A stretch of 24,190 bases of DNA from Polyangia bacterium (lineage in GTDB: Bacteria > Myxococcota_A > Polyangia > JAAYKL01). Each line of letters opens with the position of its first letter. The first letter of the stretch is position 1. Shown piece after piece: positions 7,890 to 16,825 of the stretch. The notes beneath the pieces are model-generated. The model saw only the letters and a program-made list of their open reading frames with translations, did not search any database and had not been told where the DNA came from. Where the stretch lies: the NCBI GenBank assembly GCA_050287845.1, contig JBNKCR010000090.1, positions 1 through 24,190 on the forward strand, in the 5' to 3' direction. The position numbers and the translations under genes are program-made.

Positions 7890-10800
7890 ATGAAACAGGG
7901 ATGTCGACTCAATTGGAAACTGCGGAATCTGAAATTGTTTGCTGGACAGATGTTGCATTTGCTGTGGGGAGGAGTGGTGACCGTTTCCCTGCTGGTGTCG
8001 GGATGCCAGAAAACCCGGGAAGTGGCCTACGACCGCAATGAAACCCTGACCGCCGGCGGGGGGACGGAGTATCTGGCCCATGAGGTGATTATTCGCAAAT
8101 CCGATGGCGTTTCGGTGGCAGAGCTGGAAGCGAAGCTGCAGAAATTCGGGGCGATTCTGGTGGACACGGATTCCCGTATGGCAACCCAGTTGGGGTATTA
8201 TCGGGTACTGCTCCCCAGTGGCACCACATCGGACGTGATGATTTCTCAGCTCACCCAGACGGGCGTCACCCGGGAAGCCGAGCGCAACTACATGGTGAAT
8301 GTGAACCTGACCCCTGATGATCCCGGATATTCGGAGCAGTGGAACATGCGCGTCATTCAGGCCGATAAAGCATGGGACATTACCACCGGAAGCGGGGATG
8401 TGGTAGTGGCGGTGACCGATTCCGGCATTGACTTTTCTCATGAAGAACTGGCATCGAGAATCTGGACCAATGGGGACGAAATTCCCGGTAACGGTGTGGA
8501 CGACGATGGTAACGGATATGTGGACGATGTGCACGGTTGGGATTTTCAGAACAAAGACAATCTCCCCGCCGACGATGCCGGTCACGGGACAGCGGTTTCC
8601 GGGGTAATCGGTGCAGCGGGGAATAATGCCAGAGGTGTGGCGGGCGTGACGTGGAACATTCGCATCATGCCGCTTAAATTCATTGGTCCTTCGGGCAGTG
8701 GAAGTATGTGGGACGCAGCCGAGGCGATTCTGTACGCCGCCGACAACCACGTTAAAATCATTAATGCCAGTTGGGGCTGCAGTGGATGTTATTCGGACTA
8801 TTTTGCCCAGGTGATTGACCGGATGGAAGCCAAAGGCAGCATTCTGGTGGCGGCAGCGGGCAACGACGGTCGAAACATTGACAAACAACCCCAGTATCCG
8901 GCGGCGTATGCCCATGACAGCATTATCACTGTGGGCGCTTCCTGGAAAGAGGACACCCCGTTTGAGTATTCCAACTGGGGAAAAATCAACGTGGACGTGG
9001 TAGCCCCCGGACGTCAGATTCTGACCAGCACCCTGGGGGGCGGATATGGCGAAAAGAGCGGTACCTCCCTGTCGGCGCCCCATGTGGCCGGCATTCTGGC
9101 TCTGTATCAGAGCATGCATCCGGATGTGTCGAGCGAGACCATGAAGCAGAAACTCATTGCCACCTGCGACCATGTCAGCGATTTGAAGTACAAGTCCGCC
9201 TGTGAAGGTCGGGTCAATGCGTATCGGATGCTGACCGAGGACGACGAGCCGCCCCCTGCGCCCGAAAATCTGGTGGCCACCCCCGGGGCGCGCAACGACG
9301 CCATTCTCACCTGGGATCCGGTGGATGACCCCGGTCTGGCCATGTATGTCTGTAAATGGGGGTTGGCTTCGGGCAAGTACATTCACGAAGTGATGGTCCC
9401 GGGGGAATTGACTTCCACGACCATTGAAGGGTTGGAAGATGGGGTGCCGTACTATTTTGCCTGTTTTGCCACGGACAAATCGGGCAATGTATCGCCGCCG
9501 TCCAATGAAGCAACGCTATTGCCCAGGGATGATTCCACACCGCCACAGGTCATCGATTTGCAGGCGAAATCGCTGCCGGGTCCCAGAGTTTCCGGTACCG
9601 TACACTCGTCGAGCAGTGAAGCCTCCACATTTTATCAGGCTAAGAACGCCTACGACGGCAGCCCCGCCACCGCATGGTTGGCAGCCCCGGCATCGGAAGA
9701 ACAGATGGAGTATGTGGAGATTGATTTTAATCTGCCCACGCCTGTGGAGCGCGTTGCCCTGACGCCGGTGGCCGCATATCCGGAATTCTTTCCCGCTGAT
9801 TTCGACATTGAATTGTCCATGGACGGTTCCACCTGGTCGGTGGTGGGAGGCCTGCGGAACGTGGTGGTGGACGATCCCGAAAAGAAAGTGGAGATATTCT
9901 TTCCCCGGCAGGTTGCCTCCCACATGAGATTGACGGTGCATCGGAGCGCCAGTCATGATTCGGGGATGACCTATACGGGCATTGCCGAAATCGAAGCATT
10001 TGAACCGGCGGATTCACCGGATACCATTGTTCTTTCGTTTACAGCCCCCGGAGACGATCCGGGATTCGGCAGTGCGGACCGATATGATATTCGCTATGCC
10101 ACCGATCCCATTTCAGCGGAAAACTTTGAAGATGCCACGCCCATTGAGTACGACTCGCCGGCGGCCAGCGGTGTGCTGGAATCCATTGTAGTTGACAACC
10201 TCACTCCTGAAACGGTGTACTGGTTCGCGTTGACCGCCGTGGACGAAGTGGGGAATCGATCGGTGATGTCCAATGTGGCAGTAGGGGCAACGGCCACGAT
10301 TCTGCCCGGCACCATCACTGATCTGGAAGTGGTGTATCATTCCAGTGGCGCCACGTACCTGACGTGGAAGGCTCCCGGCAGCGATGGATACGAGGGGCAG
10401 GCAGCGACCTACGCCCTGCGCTGGTCGGTCTCCCCCATTGATGCGGCCTCATTCACGACGGCCACACCCGTGACCGACATCACGGCGCCCCTGCCGGCGG
10501 GAAGCGACGAGATGTTTGATATCACCAGTTTGCAGCACGCCAGTGAATTTATCTATTTTGCCATTGCGGCAGTGGATGAAAAGGGACACATGGGCGGAAT
10601 TTCCAATGTGGTGCCGGTGAAACCCATCAGCGATATGAACGACGATGTGGCGCCGGCAACGGTTTCCAATCTGAACGCGTTCTATTCCCTGGCCCGGGGC
10701 CTGCGCCACGGGGTGGTGGTCGATTCGTCGAGCCATCTCCAGGAAGCCAACCTGGCGGGAAATCTGCTCGATGGCGATGTGCTGACCATGTGGATTACCG

Positions 10801-13800
10801 AAGAGCTGCCTGCGGACCTGCCTGAGTGGGTTACCGTGGATTTGGGCAGTGTGAAAAGTATTGATGCGTTCCGGATGCACCCCGCGGTGTACGGGAACCT
10901 CATTCCCAACTTTCCACGGGACTTTGAATTCCAGGTGAGCGCCGACAGTGTCAACTGGACCCCGGTGGTTGCGGTGGAAGGACAGGCTGCGAAAATGGGC
11001 GAGTGGCTCGAATGGCACCTGCCCATCGTTTCGGCCCGATATGTGAAGCTGAACATTGGCCTGCGCGGGTTCGCATCGTGCAATGCGCCCACCGAATGCA
11101 ATCAGCCATCCACTGTGGTCATCAGCGAATTGGAAGTGCTCGGTCCAACGTCCGACCTGGATGTGGACCTTCAGTGGATTGCACCCGGGGATGACGGGTG
11201 GGAGGGAACCGCCTATGCTTACGATCTGCGTCACTCTCTGACACCGATTACATCGGACAACTTCGTCGCAGCTACCCAGCTTCCAGCTGCGGTGCCCCTC
11301 ACTGCGGGAATGTTCGAGGTGCAGACGGTAACCGACCTGGACTGGGGGGAGGATCATTACTTTGCCCTTAAAACCCAGGATGCGGCGGGCAACTGGTCGG
11401 CCATGTCGAACGTGGCGAAGGTGACCGCATCGATAAATCCGCCGGCGCCGGTGACCAATCTGTCCGTGTTGAATGTGACAAAGAACAGCGCGGAACTGCG
11501 CTGGACCGCGGTGGGCGATGATGGCATCGATGGAACCGCATCCTCATATGATTTCAGATATTCGAAGTTACCGATTACCGTGGAAAACTGGCATCTCGCC
11601 GATGTACTGTTTTCGCTGCCGTCGCCAAAGGCTGCGGGCAGTGACGAATCGCTGCCGGTCAATGGTCTGGATGCCGCCAGCGACTACTTTTTCATGATGC
11701 GGGTTGTGGATGATGAGGGGGGGATTTCGCTTTTCTCCAACATGGTCCACTTTAAAACCCTCACCGATACGCCTCCAATCACCATCAACGATCTCCAGGC
11801 CATTGCGGCCAATATCAGCGACACCGAACCGTTGCCCCTGACGGTGGTGGAGGTGAGCAGTGAGTTCGCCGCTACCGCCGATGGCGATATGCTGGTGGAT
11901 GACAGTCTCTCAAGTGCATGGCTCTCCGGGAAGAAAGACGCGGTGGAAACCGAATTTGTGGAATTCGCTCTCGACGCCGCCACCCTGGTGGGAGACATCC
12001 GCATGCAGCCGGCGGTGGAATACGAGGATATGTTCCCGGTGGATTTCAGCATACAGCTGAAGTTGGGCGATGGCGAATGGGAAACCGTCGTTAACGAAAC
12101 CAGTTTCTTTGTGGATGATCCCGATGCAGACGTGGAGGAGTGGCGCATCGGCGGCATCGCCGCGGACAGGATTCGTTTGGAAATCACCCGGACTGCGCCT
12201 TCGAGTTTCGGGTATTTCACTGCCATCGGTGAATTTCAGGTGTTTGAAGCGCCCAGTCGGTTCGATACCATCGGACTGTCGTGGACCGCGCCTTCGGTCA
12301 CCGATGGTCAATCGGGCGCCACCCGCTATGACATCCGTCACGGGATTGTGCCCATTGAAACCGACGAAGACTTTTACAATGCGTCTCCCATTGGCGCCGC
12401 CGGCGTTCCCAAAGCCGCGGGGCTTCCCGAATTCATGGATGTGAACTCCCTGGAACCGGAAACCCGCTACTGCTTCTCGGTAGCGGCCGTTGACAGCGTG
12501 GGTAACCGTTCCGAAATCTCCAATCCTGCCTGCGCATATACGCCCGGGGTTCCACCGGCGCCTATCGTGGATTTGGCGGTGACAGATACGCTGGCCCATA
12601 GCGCCACGCTGTCGTGGACCGCCACCGGTGACGACTGGAAGATTGGAACCGCCGCGTCATACGAGCTTCGGGTATCCCCCCGGCGCATCAACCGGTCGAA
12701 CTGGGACGATGCAATGATATATGCCGATATACAGGCGCCGTCTCCATCGGGGGAAGCGGAGACCGTGACAGTGACCGGTCTTTCGGGCGATACCGAATAC
12801 TTCTTTGCCCTTGTGGCCATCGATGCCTCCGGCAGCCGGAGCGGCATTTCAAATAACGCCCACGCGTTCACCGGCGATGATGTGGCTCCGCTGGCCATCA
12901 CTGATTTGACAGCAAAAACCGATTCTGACAACTGGGGAACGTTGCTGCTGAGCTGGACCGCCCCCGGAGACAGCGGCCCCATCGGTCAGGCGGCAATCTA
13001 CGATATTCGGGTGTCCAGCAAACCCATTTCGGTGGCTGATTTTGAAAGCGCCGTCCCGGTAACCCCGCAGGGAATGACGCCCCTTGAAGGCGGCGAAACT
13101 GAAACTCTATCTCTTTTGGGGCTTTCTCCGGAGCGGGAATATTACGTGGCCATCAAGGCGGCGGATACCGAGGGCAACTGGTCGGCGATTTCCAATGTGC
13201 CGTCCGGCAGAACCCGTGATGAGAATCCCGGAAAAACCACTGATCTGGAGATAGTGGAAACCACCTCCTATGAACTGGGCAATGCCACGGTTCTCCTGCG
13301 GTGGAGTGCGCCGGGTGATGATGACATGGAAGGCATTTCCAGTCGGTATGAGTTCCGGTATTCCTATGAGCCGTTGGATGAACTCAATTTTGAATCCGGC
13401 TTTCTGGCCAGCGTGGACCTGATTCCCGCACCGGGCACCACCGTGCAGATGACCACTATTGATGGCCTGAACGAAGGCGTGAATTACTGCTTTGCCCTGC
13501 GCGCCATCGACGAGCGCGAGAACATTGGGCCGGTGTCCAATTCGGCGTGTACCACCACGGCCGACGGCATTGCGCCATCGAAAATCCGGGATCTGCAGGC
13601 GGAAACGGGCATGAGCCGCGGCTCGGTGGATTTAACCTGGACTCATGTGGGTGACGATGAGATGTTTGGCAGGGCTGGCAAGTACGACTTGCGCTGGTCC
13701 TACGATGTCATTACCGACGAGAATTTCGCTGCGGCCACGAAGACATCATCGCAGCCCGGTGTGGGCGTCGCGGGGACGGAGGCCCACTTCACAGCGACCA

Positions 13801-16766
13801 AACTGCCCGACGAGGTGCTGTTGCACTTTGCCATTCGCGCGGTGGACGACGCGGGGAACTGGTCCTGGACTTCCAACGATGCGTCGGCCCGCACCCCCGA
13901 TGTGGCGCCGGCAGCCATTGATGATCTGGCACAGACGGCTGTCGGACTCAACAGTATCACGCTGGGGTGGACTGCGGTGGGGGATGATGAATATATCGGA
14001 ACGGCCACCACATACGATTTGCGCTACAGCACCGAACCTTTAACGGTGGACAATTTCCCGTTGGCCCCTTCATGGTCCATCGATGCGCCGAAACCCAGTG
14101 GCAGCGTCGAAAGCGCCACCATCGAAGGATTGACCGAAGGCACCAATTATTCCATCGGCATTCGGGTGGTGGATGACCGGGGCAACTGGTCGCCCATTAC
14201 CATCCTGTATCCCGCCCATACAGAGGATACCATTCCGCCGGGAATGATTGATCCGGTAGGCGTCATTCAGGGGGCGGGGGCCGGTACTCTCCGGTTGGAC
14301 TGGATTGCCACGGGGGATGATTTGGACGTGGGGACCGCTACCAGTTATCAGATTCGCTACGCCGCCACGTGCATCACGGAGGACAACTGGCATCTGGCAA
14401 CGGCGGTTGAGAACGATAAGAAACCGAAGCCGTCGGGATATGCGGAACTGTTCCAGATTGACGGATTACAGGGGGAAACGGTGTATTACGTGGCGGTTCG
14501 CGCGGTGGACGAGGCGGGCAATATCGGTCCGGTATCGCCCTGTGCATCCGGGGAGACCGCGTCCATACCGCCCGAGGCCATCGACGATTTGACCGGAGTG
14601 GCCACCAGACCAAGGTCCGTGATTCTGAGCTGGACTGCGCCATTCGACGTGGGGGAACTGGGCCGGGCGGTGTCCTACGATATTCGCTACGCCACGTTCA
14701 GCCTGACCGAAGGCAACTTTTACGCGGCGGCGAAATACGAAAACGGTATCGTGCCGAAAGCCGCGGGAACGCCGGAAACTGCCACCGTGCCCAATCTGAA
14801 AGAATCAACGCTGTACTACTTTGCCATCAAGTCCACCGATAACAAAGGCGCCATCAGTGCCATATCCAATGTGGCGAAGGTGACCACTCTTGATGAAACC
14901 CCGCCTGCGGCGCCGCCGTCGATTTCTGCGTCAACCACTGGTGCATTCACCGGACAGCTTAATGCCACTGGTGTGGCGGTGTCTTCGATGCTGGTGGATA
15001 TTCTCGGCGCTTCCAACACCCTGGACGGCGATTCTTCCACCATGTGGGTCTCTGACGCATCCGCAGTGCCGGGCGAGGAATGGATCCGTATTGACCTCGG
15101 TGACGTTTATACTGTTGATAGAGTTCGGCTGCTGCCCAGTGCGGAGTACATGCATCTTTTCCCGGAGAACTTCACTATTTCTGTGAGTTTTGACAAGGAA
15201 ATCTGGACCGACGTGCTCACCGTGGAACAATATGAAGCCACCAGCGATTCGTGGATGACTTTCGGGTTCAATGCCATTTCAGCGCAATATGTCCGGGTGC
15301 AATCGTTTGATCCGGTGAAGAGCTACTTCGGGCTGTATTACACCGTGCTTTCCGGCATGGAAGTGTATTCCGCCGCGTATCTGAGCGGCAGAACCTCCCT
15401 CGTCTGGACAGCGCCCGGAGATGATTTGATGGTGGGCACTTCCACCACTTACCAGGTGTTCTACAGTGAATCTCCATTTGACAGTAGCACCCTGGATACC
15501 GCCAATATGACCACCCTGGCCATGAAACCGAAGGGAGCCCATATGACAGAAGACGTGGTCATGAGTGGCACCCGGGGAGAGACCCGCTACTACTGGGCAG
15601 TGCGGGCCATTGATGAAGCGGGCAATGTGGGGGATATTTCGAGTGTGGTCACCGCCATCAGCTCGGATGCGAAGCCGGCCATCGTGACGGATCTTTCGAC
15701 CACGGGCAACACAAAGAATGCCGTTACGTTGTCGTGGTCTGAAACCGGCGATGATGGGTACATGGGCACGGCCGCGTCCCATGAGATGCGATATGCCCCC
15801 TGGCCCCTCACCATCGAGAGTTTCCCCCTGGCCCAGGTGGTATCGGGATTGCCATCACCGGCTATGGCCGGGACTTCTCAGAGTGTCACGGTGAACGGTC
15901 TGAATGATGATACGGTATACTACTTTGCCATCATGGCGGCGGATGAAAAGGGCGCTACATCGTACCTGTCCAATGTGGCGGTGGTGCGCACCGATTCCGG
16001 GCCGGACAATAGGTCTCCCGACGCCATCACCGATTTGCATGCCCATGTAGTCAGCAGTGATGGGTACGTTCTGGCAGGCGCATCGGCCAACGCCACCAGC
16101 GAGCAGGCGCCCGCGTTTGTGGGGATCAATGTGGCGGATGGGGATGGGGGCACTTCATGGGCCACCACAGCCCGGAGCAATGCCGACGCCCAGTCCGTGA
16201 CCGTTGACCTTGGGGCGGTGTATCCCCTGGATGAACTGCGAATTCATCCGGATGCGGATTTGGCGCATCTCTTCCCGCTGGGGGTGGAAATCCGGGTAAG
16301 CGTGGATCAGCTCCAGTGGGTGACGGTGTTTGCAGAGGAAAATATTGTGATATCCGCGGATGATGTGCTCGAAACCGTATTCCCGGTGACCGCCGCCCGC
16401 TATGTGGAGCTGGTGGCCGCGGAACTGGCCATGGAAGACAACGGATTGTATTACGCAGTGGTAGCCGAACTGGAAGTGGTGCATGCCCAGAGCGAACCCG
16501 GCACGGTGGTGACCACATGGACCGCCACCGGCGATGACGCGGCCAGCGGAACGGCCATGTCGTACCATCTCAAGTACAGTACCTGTCCGTACAATGATGC
16601 CGCGGCCATATCGGCAACCACCTATGCGCCCAAAGAAGCGGGAGAAGCCGAGCTGGCCCGCATCGAAGGCCTCCCCTCCGGCACCTGGTGTATCGCCCTC
16701 ACCGCTGAAGACGACGCCGGCAACCGGAGTAACCTCTCCAACATTGTGGAAATGTTGGTACCGTAA
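7890..16766 (+). CDS. Giant lipoprotein S8 (subtilisin-like) serine protease with 16 FN3-like and 5 F5/8 type C (discoidin/CBM32-like) domains
   Basis: Lipobox-like VSGC (Cys codon 8004); propeptide; triad motifs VAVTDSGID, GHGTAVSG and SGTSLSAPHV; oxyanion AAAGND; repeated W(T)APGDD..G.A..YDIRY...YYFA..A.D..GN.S..SN units; five DG...T.W...E.V..DL...F.I..S.D...W...A.Y.RL...E.E modules. Start is uncertain (7800, 7890 or 7950). Confidence 0.93.
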   Translation: MKQGCRLNWKLRNLKLFAGQMLHLLWGGVVTVSLLVSGCQKTREVAYDRNETLTAGGGTEYLAHEVIIRKSDGVSVAELEAKLQKFGAILVDTDSRMATQLGYYRVLLPSGTTSDVMISQLTQTGVTREAERNYMVNVNLTPDDPGYSEQWNMRVIQADKAWDITTGSGDVVVAVTDSGIDFSHEELASRIWTNGDEIPGNGVDDDGNGYVDDVHGWDFQNKDNLPADDAGHGTAVSGVIGAAGNNARGVAGVTWNIRIMPLKFIGPSGSGSMWDAAEAILYAADNHVKIINASWGCSGCYSDYFAQVIDRMEAKGSILVAAAGNDGRNIDKQPQYPAAYAHDSIITVGASWKEDTPFEYSNWGKINVDVVAPGRQILTSTLGGGYGEKSGTSLSAPHVAGILALYQSMHPDVSSETMKQKLIATCDHVSDLKYKSACEGRVNAYRMLTEDDEPPPAPENLVATPGARNDAILTWDPVDDPGLAMYVCKWGLASGKYIHEVMVPGELTSTTIEGLEDGVPYYFACFATDKSGNVSPPSNEATLLPRDDSTPPQVIDLQAKSLPGPRVSGTVHSSSSEASTFYQAKNAYDGSPATAWLAAPASEEQMEYVEIDFNLPTPVERVALTPVAAYPEFFPADFDIELSMDGSTWSVVGGLRNVVVDDPEKKVEIFFPRQVASHMRLTVHRSASHDSGMTYTGIAEIEAFEPADSPDTIVLSFTAPGDDPGFGSADRYDIRYATDPISAENFEDATPIEYDSPAASGVLESIVVDNLTPETVYWFALTAVDEVGNRSVMSNVAVGATATILPGTITDLEVVYHSSGATYLTWKAPGSDGYEGQAATYALRWSVSPIDAASFTTATPVTDITAPLPAGSDEMFDITSLQHASEFIYFAIAAVDEKGHMGGISNVVPVKPISDMNDDVAPATVSNLNAFYSLARGLRHGVVVDSSSHLQEANLAGNLLDGDVLTMWITEELPADLPEWVTVDLGSVKSIDAFRMHPAVYGNLIPNFPRDFEFQVSADSVNWTPVVAVEGQAAKMGEWLEWHLPIVSARYVKLNIGLRGFASCNAPTECNQPSTVVISELEVLGPTSDLDVDLQWIAPGDDGWEGTAYAYDLRHSLTPITSDNFVAATQLPAAVPLTAGMFEVQTVTDLDWGEDHYFALKTQDAAGNWSAMSNVAKVTASINPPAPVTNLSVLNVTKNSAELRWTAVGDDGIDGTASSYDFRYSKLPITVENWHLADVLFSLPSPKAAGSDESLPVNGLDAASDYFFMMRVVDDEGGISLFSNMVHFKTLTDTPPITINDLQAIAANISDTEPLPLTVVEVSSEFAATADGDMLVDDSLSSAWLSGKKDAVETEFVEFALDAATLVGDIRMQPAVEYEDMFPVDFSIQLKLGDGEWETVVNETSFFVDDPDADVEEWRIGGIAADRIRLEITRTAPSSFGYFTAIGEFQVFEAPSRFDTIGLSWTAPSVTDGQSGATRYDIRHGIVPIETDEDFYNASPIGAAGVPKAAGLPEFMDVNSLEPETRYCFSVAAVDSVGNRSEISNPACAYTPGVPPAPIVDLAVTDTLAHSATLSWTATGDDWKIGTAASYELRVSPRRINRSNWDDAMIYADIQAPSPSGEAETVTVTGLSGDTEYFFALVAIDASGSRSGISNNAHAFTGDDVAPLAITDLTAKTDSDNWGTLLLSWTAPGDSGPIGQAAIYDIRVSSKPISVADFESAVPVTPQGMTPLEGGETETLSLLGLSPEREYYVAIKAADTEGNWSAISNVPSGRTRDENPGKTTDLEIVETTSYELGNATVLLRWSAPGDDDMEGISSRYEFRYSYEPLDELNFESGFLASVDLIPAPGTTVQMTTIDGLNEGVNYCFALRAIDERENIGPVSNSACTTTADGIAPSKIRDLQAETGMSRGSVDLTWTHVGDDEMFGRAGKYDLRWSYDVITDENFAAATKTSSQPGVGVAGTEAHFTATKLPDEVLLHFAIRAVDDAGNWSWTSNDASARTPDVAPAAIDDLAQTAVGLNSITLGWTAVGDDEYIGTATTYDLRYSTEPLTVDNFPLAPSWSIDAPKPSGSVESATIEGLTEGTNYSIGIRVVDDRGNWSPITILYPAHTEDTIPPGMIDPVGVIQGAGAGTLRLDWIATGDDLDVGTATSYQIRYAATCITEDNWHLATAVENDKKPKPSGYAELFQIDGLQGETVYYVAVRAVDEAGNIGPVSPCASGETASIPPEAIDDLTGVATRPRSVILSWTAPFDVGELGRAVSYDIRYATFSLTEGNFYAAAKYENGIVPKAAGTPETATVPNLKESTLYYFAIKSTDNKGAISAISNVAKVTTLDETPPAAPPSISASTTGAFTGQLNATGVAVSSMLVDILGASNTLDGDSSTMWVSDASAVPGEEWIRIDLGDVYTVDRVRLLPSAEYMHLFPENFTISVSFDKEIWTDVLTVEQYEATSDSWMTFGFNAISAQYVRVQSFDPVKSYFGLYYTVLSGMEVYSAAYLSGRTSLVWTAPGDDLMVGTSTTYQVFYSESPFDSSTLDTANMTTLAMKPKGAHMTEDVVMSGTRGETRYYWAVRAIDEAGNVGDISSVVTAISSDAKPAIVTDLSTTGNTKNAVTLSWSETGDDGYMGTAASHEMRYAPWPLTIESFPLAQVVSGLPSPAMAGTSQSVTVNGLNDDTVYYFAIMAADEKGATSYLSNVAVVRTDSGPDNRSPDAITDLHAHVVSSDGYVLAGASANATSEQAPAFVGINVADGDGGTSWATTARSNADAQSVTVDLGAVYPLDELRIHPDADLAHLFPLGVEIRVSVDQLQWVTVFAEENIVISADDVLETVFPVTAARYVELVAAELAMEDNGLYYAVVAELEVVHAQSEPGTVVTTWTATGDDAASGTAMSYHLKYSTCPYNDAAAISATTYAPKEAGEAELARIEGLPSGTWCIALTAEDDAGNRSNLSNIVEMLVP

Positions 16767-16825
16767 CAACGCAATGCCAGTATTTGACGTGGAATCCGTG
16801 TGAAAACCACATTCCGGCGATGTTG

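Noticed and set aside
7797..9386. 529-aa minus-strand ORF opposite the S8 domain
   Set aside because: Antisense shadow of a well-supported gene, explained by codon bias; no recognisable motifs.
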